Shown piece by piece: positions 1 to 9,410 of a stretch of DNA of 64,000 nt; position 1 is the stretch's first letter; the number at the start of each line of letters is the position of its first letter. Source of the DNA: a virus; IMG/VR virus record IMGVR_UViG_3300036817_000162, one strand, 5' to 3'. The translations under genes and the position numbers were made by a program. Under the pieces are notes generated by a model. It was not told the origin of the DNA. It was given only the letters and a program-made list of their open reading frames with translations, and searched no databases.

Positions 1-274
1 CTGCTGCGCGTGCCCCGACGCGGCGCATGGCCTCCCGCTCGACCGCTTCATCGGAGACCTTGGACAGGTCCGGCGCAAGGTCGATGTGCGCCAGGAACGC
101 CCCGTGCGAGTCGTTCACGTGCAGGGTGACGCCGGGGTGCGCGGCGGCGTACGCCTCGCCTGCCTCGATCGCGTCGCCCTTGTCGCCCCATGTGCCGGGC
201 AGTGTCTCCCACGGGTGCATCCCGGGGGTTGTCTCGGCGATCAGGTGGAACGGCGGCTTGTCTTTGTACGGCAT
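1..274 (-). CDS. hypothetical protein, runs off window start
   Basis: ATG at 274 behind GAGAGAGGGAG RBS; open frame MPYKDKPPFHLIAE... to base 1; not in ORF track. Confidence 0.7.
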   Translation of the reverse strand, partial: MPYKDKPPFHLIAETTPGMHPWETLPGTWGDKGDAIEAGEAYAAAHPGVTLHVNDSHGAFLAHIDLAPDLSKVSDEAVEREAMRRVGARAA

Positions 275-297
275 GTCCTTCTCCCTCTCTCACCGCA

Positions 298-318
298 AGT
301 CTACCACACACATGTGAG
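298..318 (-). promoter_or_regulatory. palindrome-promoter copy 1
   Basis: minus strand CTCACATGTGTG-TGG-TAGACT (-10-like) then GAGAGAGGG RBS. Confidence 0.7.
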
Positions 319-339
319 GCGAGGTCTGGGGTAAAGGCC

Positions 340-1413
340 CTACCTTGCCAGCTTCAGCAGCGTACGGCTGACCTTCAGCGGCTTCCCGTCGGGTCCTTTT
401 ACGTACGGCCGGATCCAGGTGGCCGCCTTGCCGCAGACCGTGCAGACCTGCCGCTGGCTCTCCCCCGGCGCCTCCGGCACCACCGCGTGGTGCCGGAGGG
501 CGTCGTACTCCTCCAGGTGGCGCCAGTGGCCGGCTACCGGCCAGGTACAGGACCAGTCGACCTCCCGGTGCTCCCCGTCGCCCGCGTCGCCGTGGGTGAC
601 CCTGCGGAGCATGACCACCCGGACGTCGCTGTGCGACAAGGACCGCTCCGCGCGGCGGCGGATGCCACGGGGAATGCCCTCCGCCCGCTCGGTGACGGTG
701 ATCTCCATCCCCATGTAAATCCACAGCAGGTGAATCACGGAAAGTACCGAGGTGGCCTGCGTCGCGGGTCGCAGGCTTTCCGCGAGGTTCATGTCAAGCG
801 GGAGGATCGTGGTGTGGATCAGGGACAGGTCGCCTGACTCGCGGCGTATCTGCGGCGCGTGCTTCGCCGGCATCCGCCCGTCGGCCACGTCATCATCCAG
901 CAGCGTCCACACTGAGACCCGGGCGCACGGCCACAGCCGCGTCTCCCTCGGCGTGATGCCGTCTTCGGCCCCGTTGGTCCACGCTGAGGTCAGTGACCAG
1001 GACAGGGCCCGGACGTGGAACGGGTCGCCGAACTTGTCGACGGCCTCCCATGGGTCGTCGAGCCACGCGAAGCCGCGCGGGTACGGCATCTCCGCCCGGC
1101 TGATCCGCTCGGCCTGGCTGGTCCGGGCGGCGGTGTCCCTCATCGCGGCCACGATCTTCGGGGAGACCCGGCAGGTCACGGCGTCTACCAGGGTGCCGCC
1201 GAGCAGCCTGGAAAACTCCCACGCCTGGCCACGGGTAACCGGCACGCCGGGGCGCAGGTTCACCGGGTGGAACATGCCCCGGGCCCGGCCCAGGTCCTTG
1301 GTCACGGAGTCCTGCATGAACCTGTGGAAGAACACCGCCGTGGCTGTGGTCGGGTGAACGAGGTGGGCGGTCAGGGCCGCGTGCTGGTCGAGGACCGCCC
1401 CGTCGCTGGTCAC
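340..1413 (-). CDS. conserved-looking phage hypothetical protein (358 codons)
   Basis: GTG start overlapping upstream TGA; C-terminal GHWR...WIRPYVKGP motif typical of a phage family of unknown function. Confidence 0.7.
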   Translation of the reverse strand: MTSDGAVLDQHAALTAHLVHPTTATAVFFHRFMQDSVTKDLGRARGMFHPVNLRPGVPVTRGQAWEFSRLLGGTLVDAVTCRVSPKIVAAMRDTAARTSQAERISRAEMPYPRGFAWLDDPWEAVDKFGDPFHVRALSWSLTSAWTNGAEDGITPRETRLWPCARVSVWTLLDDDVADGRMPAKHAPQIRRESGDLSLIHTTILPLDMNLAESLRPATQATSVLSVIHLLWIYMGMEITVTERAEGIPRGIRRRAERSLSHSDVRVVMLRRVTHGDAGDGEHREVDWSCTWPVAGHWRHLEEYDALRHHAVVPEAPGESQRQVCTVCGKAATWIRPYVKGPDGKPLKVSRTLLKLAR

Positions 1414-1616
1414 CGGAGCCTCGCCCCCAGGCAGGCGCCCGCCGTGAACGCCGCGCCGAGGGCCGCCGCTGCCAGCAGCCGTGATCGCTGCCGGCCGCCG
1501 TGGTTCATCCTGCGCAGCTCCGCGCACCAGCCGCAGCGGCCCGCCAGGCTCAGTGGCAGGTCACCCATCCCGCAGGCGGCGCACTCACCTTTCAGCAGGG
1601 CTAGCGGGGCGTTCAC
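1410..1616 (-). CDS. small protein with CxxC pairs and hydrophobic C-terminus
   Basis: GTGA-coupled to both neighbours. Confidence 0.55.
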   Translation of the reverse strand: MNAPLALLKGECAACGMGDLPLSLAGRCGWCAELRRMNHGGRQRSRLLAAAALGAAFTAGACLGARLR

Positions 1617-1918
1617 GGCAGCTCCCAGACCTTACTGACCAGCGCAAGCAGCTCCGGGTAAGTGTGCAGGCTGCTGCTGATGTTCCATTCCTTGAGCCCG
1701 TGATGCCCCTTGCGGTGCGCGCGGACGGTGACTCGGGCGTAAGGCTGGTCATCGCGGGCCCAGCTGCTCCTCTGCGGCCCGGTCGGGGCTTCGGTAGTCT
1801 CCACGACCAGTCCAGTCACGATCATGGTGACGCGCGGCGCGGTCTGGACCTCGACCTGCTCGCTGTCGTCGAGTTCCACGGCGACGCGGCGGAACCTGTG
1901 ATCACCTGTGACCTTCAC
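1613..1918 (-). CDS. hypothetical protein
   Basis: GTG at 1918 with GGAGG RBS and GTGA overlap; true start lies inside the longer track ORF. Confidence 0.6.
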   Translation of the reverse strand: MKVTGDHRFRRVAVELDDSEQVEVQTAPRVTMIVTGLVVETTEAPTGPQRSSWARDDQPYARVTVRAHRKGHHGLKEWNISSSLHTYPELLALVSKVWELP

Positions 1919-2136
1919 GGTGCCTGTCCCTCCGCTAGCAGCTGCGCGAGTACCGCTTGGTCTTCGGTGCGGACCGCGTGGCGGACGCCCGGCTTGTCGG
2001 CGGGGACCACCACGGCGGGACCGATGTGCTCCCGCCACGCCTTGGCCTCGTGCTCGGCCTGGCCCTTGGTCATCGACCGTGACCCGATGACCCTGGTGCG
2101 GCCCTGGCGGATCGCGTAGTACCGCTCGCCGCTCAC
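1915..2136 (-). CDS. hypothetical protein
   Basis: GTGA coupling at both ends. Confidence 0.6.
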   Translation of the reverse strand: MSGERYYAIRQGRTRVIGSRSMTKGQAEHEAKAWREHIGPAVVVPADKPGVRHAVRTEDQAVLAQLLAEGQAP

Positions 2137-2381
2137 AGTGCCCTCCCCCCGCGCCTGGCCACGAACCTCGCACAAGCGCTGATGCCTGCCAGGAAGCCGA
2201 CGATCCCTTCCTTGGTGAGGAACTTGAGGATCTGCCCGTCACAGCCGACGATCCACTGCTCGCCGAGCGGTTCAGTGGGCAGCACGTACTCGATCAGGCC
2301 AGCCTCCTGGTATCCCCGAAGGCTCTCGTAAATCTCCTCGTCGGTGACCTCTGGCGGGTCGTCTGGCTGCGGCTGGTTCAC
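2133..2381 (-). CDS. hypothetical protein
   Basis: RBS GAGGAG; coupled stop/start. Confidence 0.65.
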   Translation of the reverse strand: MNQPQPDDPPEVTDEEIYESLRGYQEAGLIEYVLPTEPLGEQWIVGCDGQILKFLTKEGIVGFLAGISACARFVARRGGRAL

Positions 2382-2839
2382 TGGGTCTCCTCGGGGTTCT
2401 CGTCGAGGTCATCGAGGGGGCGGCGCTCAGGGTAGGACCAGTCGACCGGGGCGCGGCTGCCGTCACTGAACCGGGGGACCTCGTCATCGTCATCGTCGTG
2501 CGCCCCGGCGCAGTGCGGGTACGGGAGTCCCAGGCAGTCGCACAGCGAGACCGCGCCCAGGGTGTCCTGCCCGTCTTGGGTGAGCAGCGGCACCAGGCCG
2601 TGCTTGGCGATGACGCGGCGCCCTTCCAGGTCCCCGTACAGCTCGGCCCAGTTCCCGGGGCCGAACACCTCAACGACGCGGGCGCGGGCCGCGTCCCGGT
2701 TTTCCGACTGGAGGGTGACGTAGAAGCCGCCCAGTGGCATGCCCCGCTGCGGGTTGTGGTCGTCGTCGGCGGCCACGGAGCCGCCGTAGAGCCGGTGGCC
2801 TAGCCCGAACGTCACGTGCCAGGTCTTGGTGTCAGGCAT
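2378..2839 (-). CDS. hypothetical protein
   Basis: ATG 2839 after GGAGAGGAGG RBS. Confidence 0.65.
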   Translation of the reverse strand: MPDTKTWHVTFGLGHRLYGGSVAADDDHNPQRGMPLGGFYVTLQSENRDAARARVVEVFGPGNWAELYGDLEGRRVIAKHGLVPLLTQDGQDTLGAVSLCDCLGLPYPHCAGAHDDDDDEVPRFSDGSRAPVDWSYPERRPLDDLDENPEETQ

Positions 2840-3509
2840 CGCCTGCCTCCTCTCCTGCCTCGGGGGCGGCGATCGCCAGGAGGTTGTCGAGGGGGAGCCC
2901 GAAGCGCTGCTGCGCGGCGGCGGCCATCGCCTCAATGTCCGCCCGGGACTTCGCGACGACGTCCTCGGCGTGCTTGGCCAGCTGCTTGGACGCGTAGTCC
3001 ACGTTCGGGGCGGCGTTGTTGATCGCGGCCCGGAGCTTCGCGAGGGCCAGCTTCCTGAATGCGGCGGGCTCTTTATCGTTCAGCGCCTGCTCGTACGCCT
3101 CCAGGGCGTCCTTGGCGTCCTTGAATGCCTCCTCGGCTGCCGCGTGGACCTCGCTGCTGGTCAGGGCGAGGCGGGATTCCGGGTTGAGCCCGGGGCGGTC
3201 GCCGTGGTCGTAGCCGATCGTGACGGGGACGCCCTCGGTGCCGCCGCTGGCCATGAACGCGGCGAACTGCGCCATCGACATGTCGAACTGCACGAGCACC
3301 TTGTCCGGGAAGATCCGGTCGGCTTTCAGGTTCCGCTCGCGGGTCGCCTCGTACAGGGTGACCTCGATGTACTCGCCGTGGCGGAGGTCGGACTGGAACA
3401 GTACCGCCCCGGGGCTGGAGTAGACGCGGTTGAAGCGGGCCATCCCGAACGCGGGGTGGTGCTCGACGCCCCGTTCGTCCTTGACGGGGTCCTGGGTCTG
3501 CTTTGGCAT
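2832..3509 (-). CDS. conserved phage hypothetical protein
   Basis: HPAFG...LFQSDLRH...MSMAQFA...GVPVT motif; first gene behind palindrome-promoter. Confidence 0.75.
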   Translation of the reverse strand: MPKQTQDPVKDERGVEHHPAFGMARFNRVYSSPGAVLFQSDLRHGEYIEVTLYEATRERNLKADRIFPDKVLVQFDMSMAQFAAFMASGGTEGVPVTIGYDHGDRPGLNPESRLALTSSEVHAAAEEAFKDAKDALEAYEQALNDKEPAAFRKLALAKLRAAINNAAPNVDYASKQLAKHAEDVVAKSRADIEAMAAAAQQRFGLPLDNLLAIAAPEAGEEAGDA

Positions 3510-3537
3510 CTGGCCGGTTTCCTCTCTCTCGCCATCC

Positions 3538-3560
3538 AAGTTATCACACACATGTGTGAT
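3538..3560 (-). promoter_or_regulatory. palindrome-promoter copy 2
   Basis: ATCACACACATGTGTGAT; minus strand core followed by TGA-TAACTT. Confidence 0.75.
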
Positions 3561-3623
3561 ATGCGAAGGGGGAACGGGCCGCCCCTCGCGGACTCGTTCC
3601 CCCACGGTAAACCCGCAGCTCAG

Positions 3624-4061
3624 CTACGCGTTGCGGTCGCCCAGCGTGTACGGTGACGGCGGGCGGCCCGCCCGCACCCCCTCGGTGAAGTTGTCCAGGG
3701 CGCGGGTCAGCGCAGCCCACTGCGCGCACCACGCCTCGTCGGTGATGCTGAGCACCCCCGTGTACGGCTCGACCGCGTTCCGCACGTCCCGGGCCTGCTC
3801 CGACAGCACCTGGAGCAGGTGACGGGCCTGGATGCGCTCCTCCGGGCTCAGCTTGCGCCGCCCTGGCACGGGCGCCTCGTCGAGGGCATCGAGGGCGTCA
3901 AGGTGCGACGCCAGTTCTTCGAGGAGGCCGCCCAACGTGGCCCGCCAGTCCGCCCAGTCGCTGTCGGACAGGGTGTAGACAGCGCGCATCCCGTCCCACA
4001 TGCCGATAAGCCCGGTTACGGAATTGCGGACGGCGGCCAGCTCAGTGGCGCGGCGCGTCAT
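3624..4061 (-). CDS. helical hypothetical protein
   Basis: ATGA-coupled to the toprim gene. Confidence 0.65.
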   Translation of the reverse strand: MTRRATELAAVRNSVTGLIGMWDGMRAVYTLSDSDWADWRATLGGLLEELASHLDALDALDEAPVPGRRKLSPEERIQARHLLQVLSEQARDVRNAVEPYTGVLSITDEAWCAQWAALTRALDNFTEGVRAGRPPSPYTLGDRNA

Positions 4062-5047
4062 TCCTCGTCCTCGGGCAGGTCACCCAGGTCGCCCCGGAGG
4101 TAGGTGATCACGTCGGGCCACCGCTCGGACGCCTGCCGCAGGAGGAACCGCTGGGTCCTCATGTCGTCCGTGGCGCCGCCCCACAGGCCGTCGTCGCGGT
4201 GCGACAGGATCTCCTCCTCGATCAGCGCAGTCAGCACCGACGGGTCCAGGGCGTCCAGCTCCCAGGACTCGTCGCCGTACTCCTCGATGTACGCCCCCGA
4301 GCGGCTGTCGGTGACCTTGGCGGGGTTCGGCGGGGGGTCGTACTGCCGCACCTGGTCCATGTTCAGGGCAATCCGCCGCACGTCGGGGTAGCAGCCGAAC
4401 AGGTTCAGCCGGGCCTCGATGTCCCGGGTCATGTCGACCCCCGACGGGTCGTGGTCGCCGAGGTGGATGATCACCAGCTCCTGGTGGCGGGCGATCTCCT
4501 GGAGGCGCCGGGCAGCCTGCCACATGGCCGTCTGGCTGGTGTAGCCGCGACAGGAGAAGTACGGCACGTCGTTGCGAGTGCACACCCCCTGGAGGACACC
4601 CAGGAGGGCATCTTTCTCAACCCAGCATTCGACGTGCTTGGGCTGGTCCGCCCAGCGGTCGGTTTGGTACTGGCTGGCGACCGTGTCCATGATCTGCTGC
4701 GGGCTGTCCCAGTGGGGCTGGTCCCGCAGGCTGCGGGTCACGTCCGCGAGGTGGTTCCAGTCGATCCGCCCGGCCAGGCGGGCGTCGTTGATCAGCCCGC
4801 CGAGCCAGTCGTAGTTCGGGTCGGCGTTCTTCGTGCCGTCCGGGTCGCGTACCCACTTGCCGGCGTCGTTCTTCGCCCAGGTGCGGTCGTCGGGAAACAG
4901 GTCCCTGGCGACAATCCGGTAGTAGAGCCCCCTGAGCGTTAGTTCAATCCCCTGGCCAGCGAACTCCTCGCATATCGCGGCAGCCCGGGTGACCATCAGC
5001 TCCCCCGTCGCGTTGAACCGCTTCGGCACGTACTCGATCAGCGGCAT
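4058..5047 (-). CDS. Spo11/TopoVI-A-like (5Y-CAP + toprim) protein
   Basis: TLRGLYY near N-terminus; WVEKDAL, CRGY, HLGDHDPSG, WELDAL toprim motifs. Confidence 0.75.
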   Translation of the reverse strand: MPLIEYVPKRFNATGELMVTRAAAICEEFAGQGIELTLRGLYYRIVARDLFPDDRTWAKNDAGKWVRDPDGTKNADPNYDWLGGLINDARLAGRIDWNHLADVTRSLRDQPHWDSPQQIMDTVASQYQTDRWADQPKHVECWVEKDALLGVLQGVCTRNDVPYFSCRGYTSQTAMWQAARRLQEIARHQELVIIHLGDHDPSGVDMTRDIEARLNLFGCYPDVRRIALNMDQVRQYDPPPNPAKVTDSRSGAYIEEYGDESWELDALDPSVLTALIEEEILSHRDDGLWGGATDDMRTQRFLLRQASERWPDVITYLRGDLGDLPEDEE

Positions 5048-5467
5048 CTACCCGACCCCCGGGATATTGATTTCCTCGCCAGGACCGGGCGCGTCCATGA
5101 GCAGGTGGAACTTCCAGCCGCAGTTCCAGCCTGAGTGCGGGTCCGCAGGCTGGCACGTGGCCCCGTTGCTGTAACCGGAGTGCGCCACCCCGCAAACCCA
5201 GGCGCTCTGCACCGTGCGGGCACGCACCAGGTACCTGCCGGGCGGCTCTGCCATCTCCCGGACCGCCGGCGGCCGGGGGACTTCCGACGTGCCCACCACC
5301 ACCGGGCCGCCGGGCGCGGGCCACTTGTACGGCTGGTAGCAGGTGATGCTGCGGATGAACTCCTCAGCCTCCCGGGTCGTTACGGGGGTCACGAGGTGAG
5401 GGGCGAGGATGATCGTCACTCCGTTGTCCGCGACCCCCTGCCCGTCGACCGTGATCTTAGCCATCAT
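5048..5467 (-). CDS. hypothetical protein
   Basis: adjacent/overlapping stop-start chain. Confidence 0.6.
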   Translation of the reverse strand: MMAKITVDGQGVADNGVTIILAPHLVTPVTTREAEEFIRSITCYQPYKWPAPGGPVVVGTSEVPRPPAVREMAEPPGRYLVRARTVQSAWVCGVAHSGYSNGATCQPADPHSGWNCGWKFHLLMDAPGPGEEINIPGVG

Positions 5468-5847
5468 GCCCTCCGGATGATGACTGAGTTGCTGACAACG
5501 GGAACGACCACCAGGGGCCCGTCAGTGTCGACGATCAGCGCGCGGGCCCCGTTGCCGACGTTGCCGTAGTGGACCTCGTAGAAGTCAGCGAACCGGACGT
5601 GCGCCCCGTTGCCGAGCGGCATGTCGGGGACGTCGGAGCCGTCCGTCAGTATCTGCACGTCGGTGGCGAGGACCGTGTCCGAGGGGGCGTCAGCCCTGAT
5701 CTTGCCGTCTAGCCGGTCTTGCAGCAAGGCAATATCGGCGTCCCGGTGCCTCAGGAGGCGGGCCTGGGAGGCGATCAGCTCCTGCGCCCACTGGGGCAGG
5801 CGCGCGATCCTGGCGTCCTGCGCGAACTGCTCCGCGTCACTTGCCAC
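5464..5847 (-). CDS. hypothetical protein
   Basis: GGGAGG RBS; coupled. Confidence 0.65.
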   Translation of the reverse strand: MASDAEQFAQDARIARLPQWAQELIASQARLLRHRDADIALLQDRLDGKIRADAPSDTVLATDVQILTDGSDVPDMPLGNGAHVRFADFYEVHYGNVGNGARALIVDTDGPLVVVPVVSNSVIIRRA

Positions 5848-6328
5848 CGGGGACCGCCTCCCTGGTGATCTTCAGGTGGTACGCCTTGCGCGGTCCCAGC
5901 ATCCAGTTGGAGTAGTCGATGACCTGCTCGCGGTCCGGGAAGACCCTGTCCGGCCTGGTCTTGCCGTCCGGGTTGACCGGGAACGGGCACAGGATCTCGC
6001 GGGGCTCGCTTCCCTCGGGGTACAGCGGGGCGGGGGTGCCCGGGTTGCCGCCCCCGCCGTAGTACGGCCTGGCGGTGAGCCCGTCGTCGATGATGACGAT
6101 TGACCCCTCGGGGATGTCGCTGCGCCGCGTGGACCGCATGTAGCGGGGCTGCCCGGTGACTTCCAGGTCAGGGTCGTCGTACTCGACGAGGCGCCCGTAC
6201 TCGACCTTGCGGGGCACCGGCTCGTAGTTGTCCATGGCCGCCTCGTAGCGGACGAACCGGGGGGTGCGCTTGGCGGGGATGCCGAACAGGCGGTCCTCGG
6301 TGGTCTCGGCGTAGGTCAGGGCATCCAT
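5837..6328 (-). CDS. hypothetical protein
   Basis: TAATG overlap with upstream gene. Confidence 0.65.
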   Translation of the reverse strand: MDALTYAETTEDRLFGIPAKRTPRFVRYEAAMDNYEPVPRKVEYGRLVEYDDPDLEVTGQPRYMRSTRRSDIPEGSIVIIDDGLTARPYYGGGGNPGTPAPLYPEGSEPREILCPFPVNPDGKTRPDRVFPDREQVIDYSNWMLGPRKAYHLKITREAVPGGK

Positions 6329-6879
6329 TAGTCGTCACTCTCCTGGGGGTCTTCGACCAGGTTGACCTCGCCGAATGACCAGCACTGGCCGTCGCTCGTG
6401 CAGGTGAATTCCCGGTCGTACTCGATGAACCGGCCGAGGGTGATCAGGTCAGCGATGCGCTTCTGGTCGGTGCCGACGAGCGCGGCGGGGACCAGGCCGA
6501 GGAGCCCGGAGTCGCACAGGTACGGGGTGCCGTCGCCGTCGTGGAACTGGCCGGGGACGTCAGGGGCGTTGAACGCCAGTACCTGGTGGTCGTCCTCGGT
6601 GGTGCCGACGGGCTGCCGGTCGAAGTAGCCGGCGCCCTCGATCAGCGCCTGCCACATCTCCCGGGGCACCGCGTATGCGGGGTCGCCGAGGAAGTACATC
6701 CCGGGCGGCACGGTGACGGTCCACGCGTCGCCCTTGTAGGTCATCGTCTCGGCGGGTGCGCTGAGCCCGTCGTTCCAGCCGTGCTGGAACTCGTTCTTGA
6801 CCGGGTCGTACGGCTGTACTGAGACTGACCCCTTGAAGGCCATGGCCGACGCGCGGCCCTTGTCGTAGTCGGTCGTCAT
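6328..6879 (-). CDS. hypothetical protein
   Basis: GAGAGAGGGAG RBS; YFLGDPAY and DSGLLGLVP motifs; first gene of a cassette. Confidence 0.7.
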   Translation of the reverse strand: MTTDYDKGRASAMAFKGSVSVQPYDPVKNEFQHGWNDGLSAPAETMTYKGDAWTVTVPPGMYFLGDPAYAVPREMWQALIEGAGYFDRQPVGTTEDDHQVLAFNAPDVPGQFHDGDGTPYLCDSGLLGLVPAALVGTDQKRIADLITLGRFIEYDREFTCTSDGQCWSFGEVNLVEDPQESDD

Positions 6880-6910
6880 GTTTTTTCTCCCTCTCTCGGC
6901 TTACGCTCGC

Positions 6911-6933
6911 ATCGTACCACACACATGTGTGAG
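6911..6933 (-). promoter_or_regulatory. palindrome-promoter copy 3
   Basis: minus strand CTCACACATGTGTG-TGG-TACGAT. Confidence 0.75.
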
Positions 6934-6976
6934 GGCGGGTAATCCCGCAGGTCGCCCGCCCTCCAGGAGGTAGAAG

Positions 6977-7471
6977 CTACTCGCCGCCGGTGAGCGCCAG
7001 CTGTCCCTCGTTGATCGCCTGGTAGACGCTGGTCTGCGGGGCGATCAGCTGCCACGGCAGCATTACCTCGGACAGTTCCCACATGCCCGCCTCGATCATG
7101 GCGATCTGCGCGGCCATCCAGTCCCTGAGCTGCCGCCACGCCACCGCGTGCGCGTGCTCGGGGGTAGTGAGCGAGGCCATCGACCTGTTGCTCGGCTTGG
7201 ATAGCAGGCCGGCCTCAGACGCCGCCGTCAGCTGGGCAAGCACCCCGGCCGACTTCACCGGGAGCTGGTAGCCGCGCACCCCCCACGGCGTGTCAATCCG
7301 GAAGGACAGGCCGGACGGCTGCCTGGTTTTCCTGTCGAACTCCAGGCCAACCGCGTCCGCCCCGTGCATGGCGAGGAGCTGAACGCACTCCCCCGCCGTG
7401 ACGGCGGCGGTGATCTTAGTGGAGTAGTCCTTCGGCGGCGACGCCTTGCGGGCCGCCTTAGCTGCTGGCAT
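6977..7471 (-). CDS. conserved phage hypothetical protein
   Basis: GAGAGAGAGGGAG RBS; AVAWRQLRDW.AAQ motif. Confidence 0.7.
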   Translation of the reverse strand: MPAAKAARKASPPKDYSTKITAAVTAGECVQLLAMHGADAVGLEFDRKTRQPSGLSFRIDTPWGVRGYQLPVKSAGVLAQLTAASEAGLLSKPSNRSMASLTTPEHAHAVAWRQLRDWMAAQIAMIEAGMWELSEVMLPWQLIAPQTSVYQAINEGQLALTGGE

Positions 7472-7649
7472 TGCCAGCTCCCTCTCTCTCGTGTTTCGCG
7501 CACCAGTCGGCTATCGCATCGGCGCCAGCTTCGGCCATCGTCATGCCCTCGATCGCGGCGATGGCCTTGAACCGCCGTTTCAGGTCCGGGGGAAACGGGC
7601 TGAGCTGCAAGTTCGGCGGGCGCCCCTCGTCGTCCAGGTCGCTAGCCAT
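7458..7649 (-). CDS. ribbon-helix-helix-like DNA-binding protein
   Basis: 63 aa; beta-strand then DLKRRFKAIAAIEGMTMAEAGADAI helices. Confidence 0.6.
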   Translation of the reverse strand: MASDLDDEGRPPNLQLSPFPPDLKRRFKAIAAIEGMTMAEAGADAIADWCAKHEREGAGNASS

Positions 7650-8013
7650 GGCACCGGCCCTCTCTCTCGGTGATCGTGAACCCGTAGTCCGCGTCGAGCA
7701 GGACCCAGCCCCACATCCAGTGCAGGACCGGGACCAGCTCGGGCGGGCGCTCGTCGTACTGGGAGATCACCCACCCGTGGTACTCGGCTTCGGTGTTGTT
7801 CTGGTGGACCCAGCCGTGGCACCAGATGCGCCCGTCGGCGTCCCGCAGGTTGTTGCCCGACCCGCACAGGGTGAGCCTGTTGGGCGCCTCGTCGGGTCCG
7901 CCCCGCCCGGCGAACAGCCGGTGGTGGCAGTTCCGGGGGCTGGCGGCGACGATCAGGCCGCAGCGGAAGCAGCGGGAGTCGTCCCGCTCCAGCACCAGCT
8001 GAGCGATGGTCAT
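7642..8013 (-). CDS. HNH endonuclease
   Basis: RDDSRCFRC...CHHR...NRLTLC...CHGWVH. Confidence 0.85.
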   Translation of the reverse strand: MTIAQLVLERDDSRCFRCGLIVAASPRNCHHRLFAGRGGPDEAPNRLTLCGSGNNLRDADGRIWCHGWVHQNNTEAEYHGWVISQYDERPPELVPVLHWMWGWVLLDADYGFTITEREGRCHG

Positions 8014-8213
8014 CGGGGCTCCGCCCACTGGAGGAACACCATGCACGCCGGGAGCAGCACCCCGAACAGCAGGCCGACGCCCAGCGTGGCAGTCCACGGG
8101 GAGCCGCCCAGCGTCATGAACGCGCAGATGCCGGTTACGACGGCCATGATCGCGATGCAGGGGGCCGCGATCTCACGGACCGCCTGCGCCAGGGTGTACC
8201 TGCCGCCGCTCAT
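8010..8213 (-). CDS. small membrane protein
   Basis: two hydrophobic segments; ATGA coupled. Confidence 0.6.
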   Translation of the reverse strand: MSGGRYTLAQAVREIAAPCIAIMAVVTGICAFMTLGGSPWTATLGVGLLFGVLLPACMVFLQWAEPR

Positions 8214-8683
8214 GACTCGTACCCGACCGCCTTGGCTACCAGCAGCAGCATCTTGTCGCTCAGGCTGTCCTTGATCAGCCACTCCTCCCTGGCCAGGAAC
8301 CGGCCGGTCCGCTCGCACAGCTGCGGGTCGATCAGGCCGATGTGCAGCTTCAGCACCCGGTCGGTTTCGGATGCCCAGCGGGCCGCCCGCTCGTCGTGCT
8401 CCGCTTGCCTGGCCCCTGCCTCGGCGTCGGCCTGCCGGTCTATCCGCTCGATGAGCGCCGCCTGCCCGGCCTCGGTCAGCTCCCACCCCCAGGGACCCCC
8501 TGGTGGCCGCCGACGCCGGAGCAGGCCCAGGCTCTCCGCCGACTCCAGCTCCACCCTGGCCCGCTGGTCGGTCACGCCGATGCCCCGGCCTACCACGTGA
8601 GCGGACAGCAGGTGCGGGGACGTGGCGGCGAGGTAGCGGAGCGCCTGCCAGGCGAACGGGCGGAGCGCCGGCGGGTCACCCAT
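8210..8683 (-). CDS. winged-helix-like protein
   Basis: ARVELESAESLGLL...WELTEAG pattern. Confidence 0.5.
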   Translation of the reverse strand: MGDPPALRPFAWQALRYLAATSPHLLSAHVVGRGIGVTDQRARVELESAESLGLLRRRRPPGGPWGWELTEAGQAALIERIDRQADAEAGARQAEHDERAARWASETDRVLKLHIGLIDPQLCERTGRFLAREEWLIKDSLSDKMLLLVAKAVGYES

Positions 8684-8964
8684 CAGGACTCCCCCGCAGG
8701 GAGCCAGGGAGCGCCGTAGAGGGCCGCAGCCGCCCCGGGGGCGCTTCCCCTGGGGCACAGGCTCCCGTGCCTCCAGTAGCCCGCTGCGCCGCAGTAGGGG
8801 CACCCCAGGGGCGCGGGGAACGACGGCGCGGCGCGGCCGATCGTGATGCCCTCCCCGGCGAGCAGCCGCAGCTGCGCCCCGACGGGCATGCCCGCAGCGG
8901 TGCACTCCGCGCACCAGTCCCGGACCACGGCAGCCACAGCGGCGGTGAACTCGTCATCGGTCAT
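8683..8964 (-). CDS. hypothetical protein with CPYC/H-C motif
   Basis: TGATG overlap; internal ATG at 8964. Confidence 0.5.
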   Translation of the reverse strand: MTDDEFTAAVAAVVRDWCAECTAAGMPVGAQLRLLAGEGITIGRAAPSFPAPLGCPYCGAAGYWRHGSLCPRGSAPGAAAALYGAPWLPAGES

Positions 8965-9245
8965 CGCCCCGCCCGGTGTCATCGGTGTACGCGTTGTCCA
9001 GGAACTCGCGCAGCAGCACGGCGGTGACCGCCGCCGTGACCTCCGCGCCGGTGCCGCCGGGCAACCCCATGGTCGCAACCGTGTACGCGTTACGCACCGC
9101 CTGGATTGCCTCGCGCATGCTGCCTGGCCTGGTCACGACTGCCTCCCGGCCTTGCGCCTCCGCCGGGCCAGGCGCCGGTACTTTTCCGCCACAACGGCCA
9201 GGACCACCAGGACCCAGCAGGAAACGAGGCCCCACTGGAGGGCGC

Positions 9246-9410
9246 TCATGACGGCGGCGCCATCGGCGTGCCGTCGCGCCGCTCAGCGTGCGTGCGGTGG
9301 TCGCCGTGCACGGTGACGCCCCGCACGCCGGGCACCCGCTCCAGGGCCGCCTCGACCTTGGTGTCCTTGCCGCTGACCTCGACCAGCAGGTACTCGCTGC
9401 CCGGCGTCAC
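9246..9410 (-). CDS. small hypothetical protein
   Basis: GTGA overlap with recT stop; 55 codons. Confidence 0.45.
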   Translation of the reverse strand: MTPGSEYLLVEVSGKDTKVEAALERVPGVRGVTVHGDHRTHAERRDGTPMAPPS

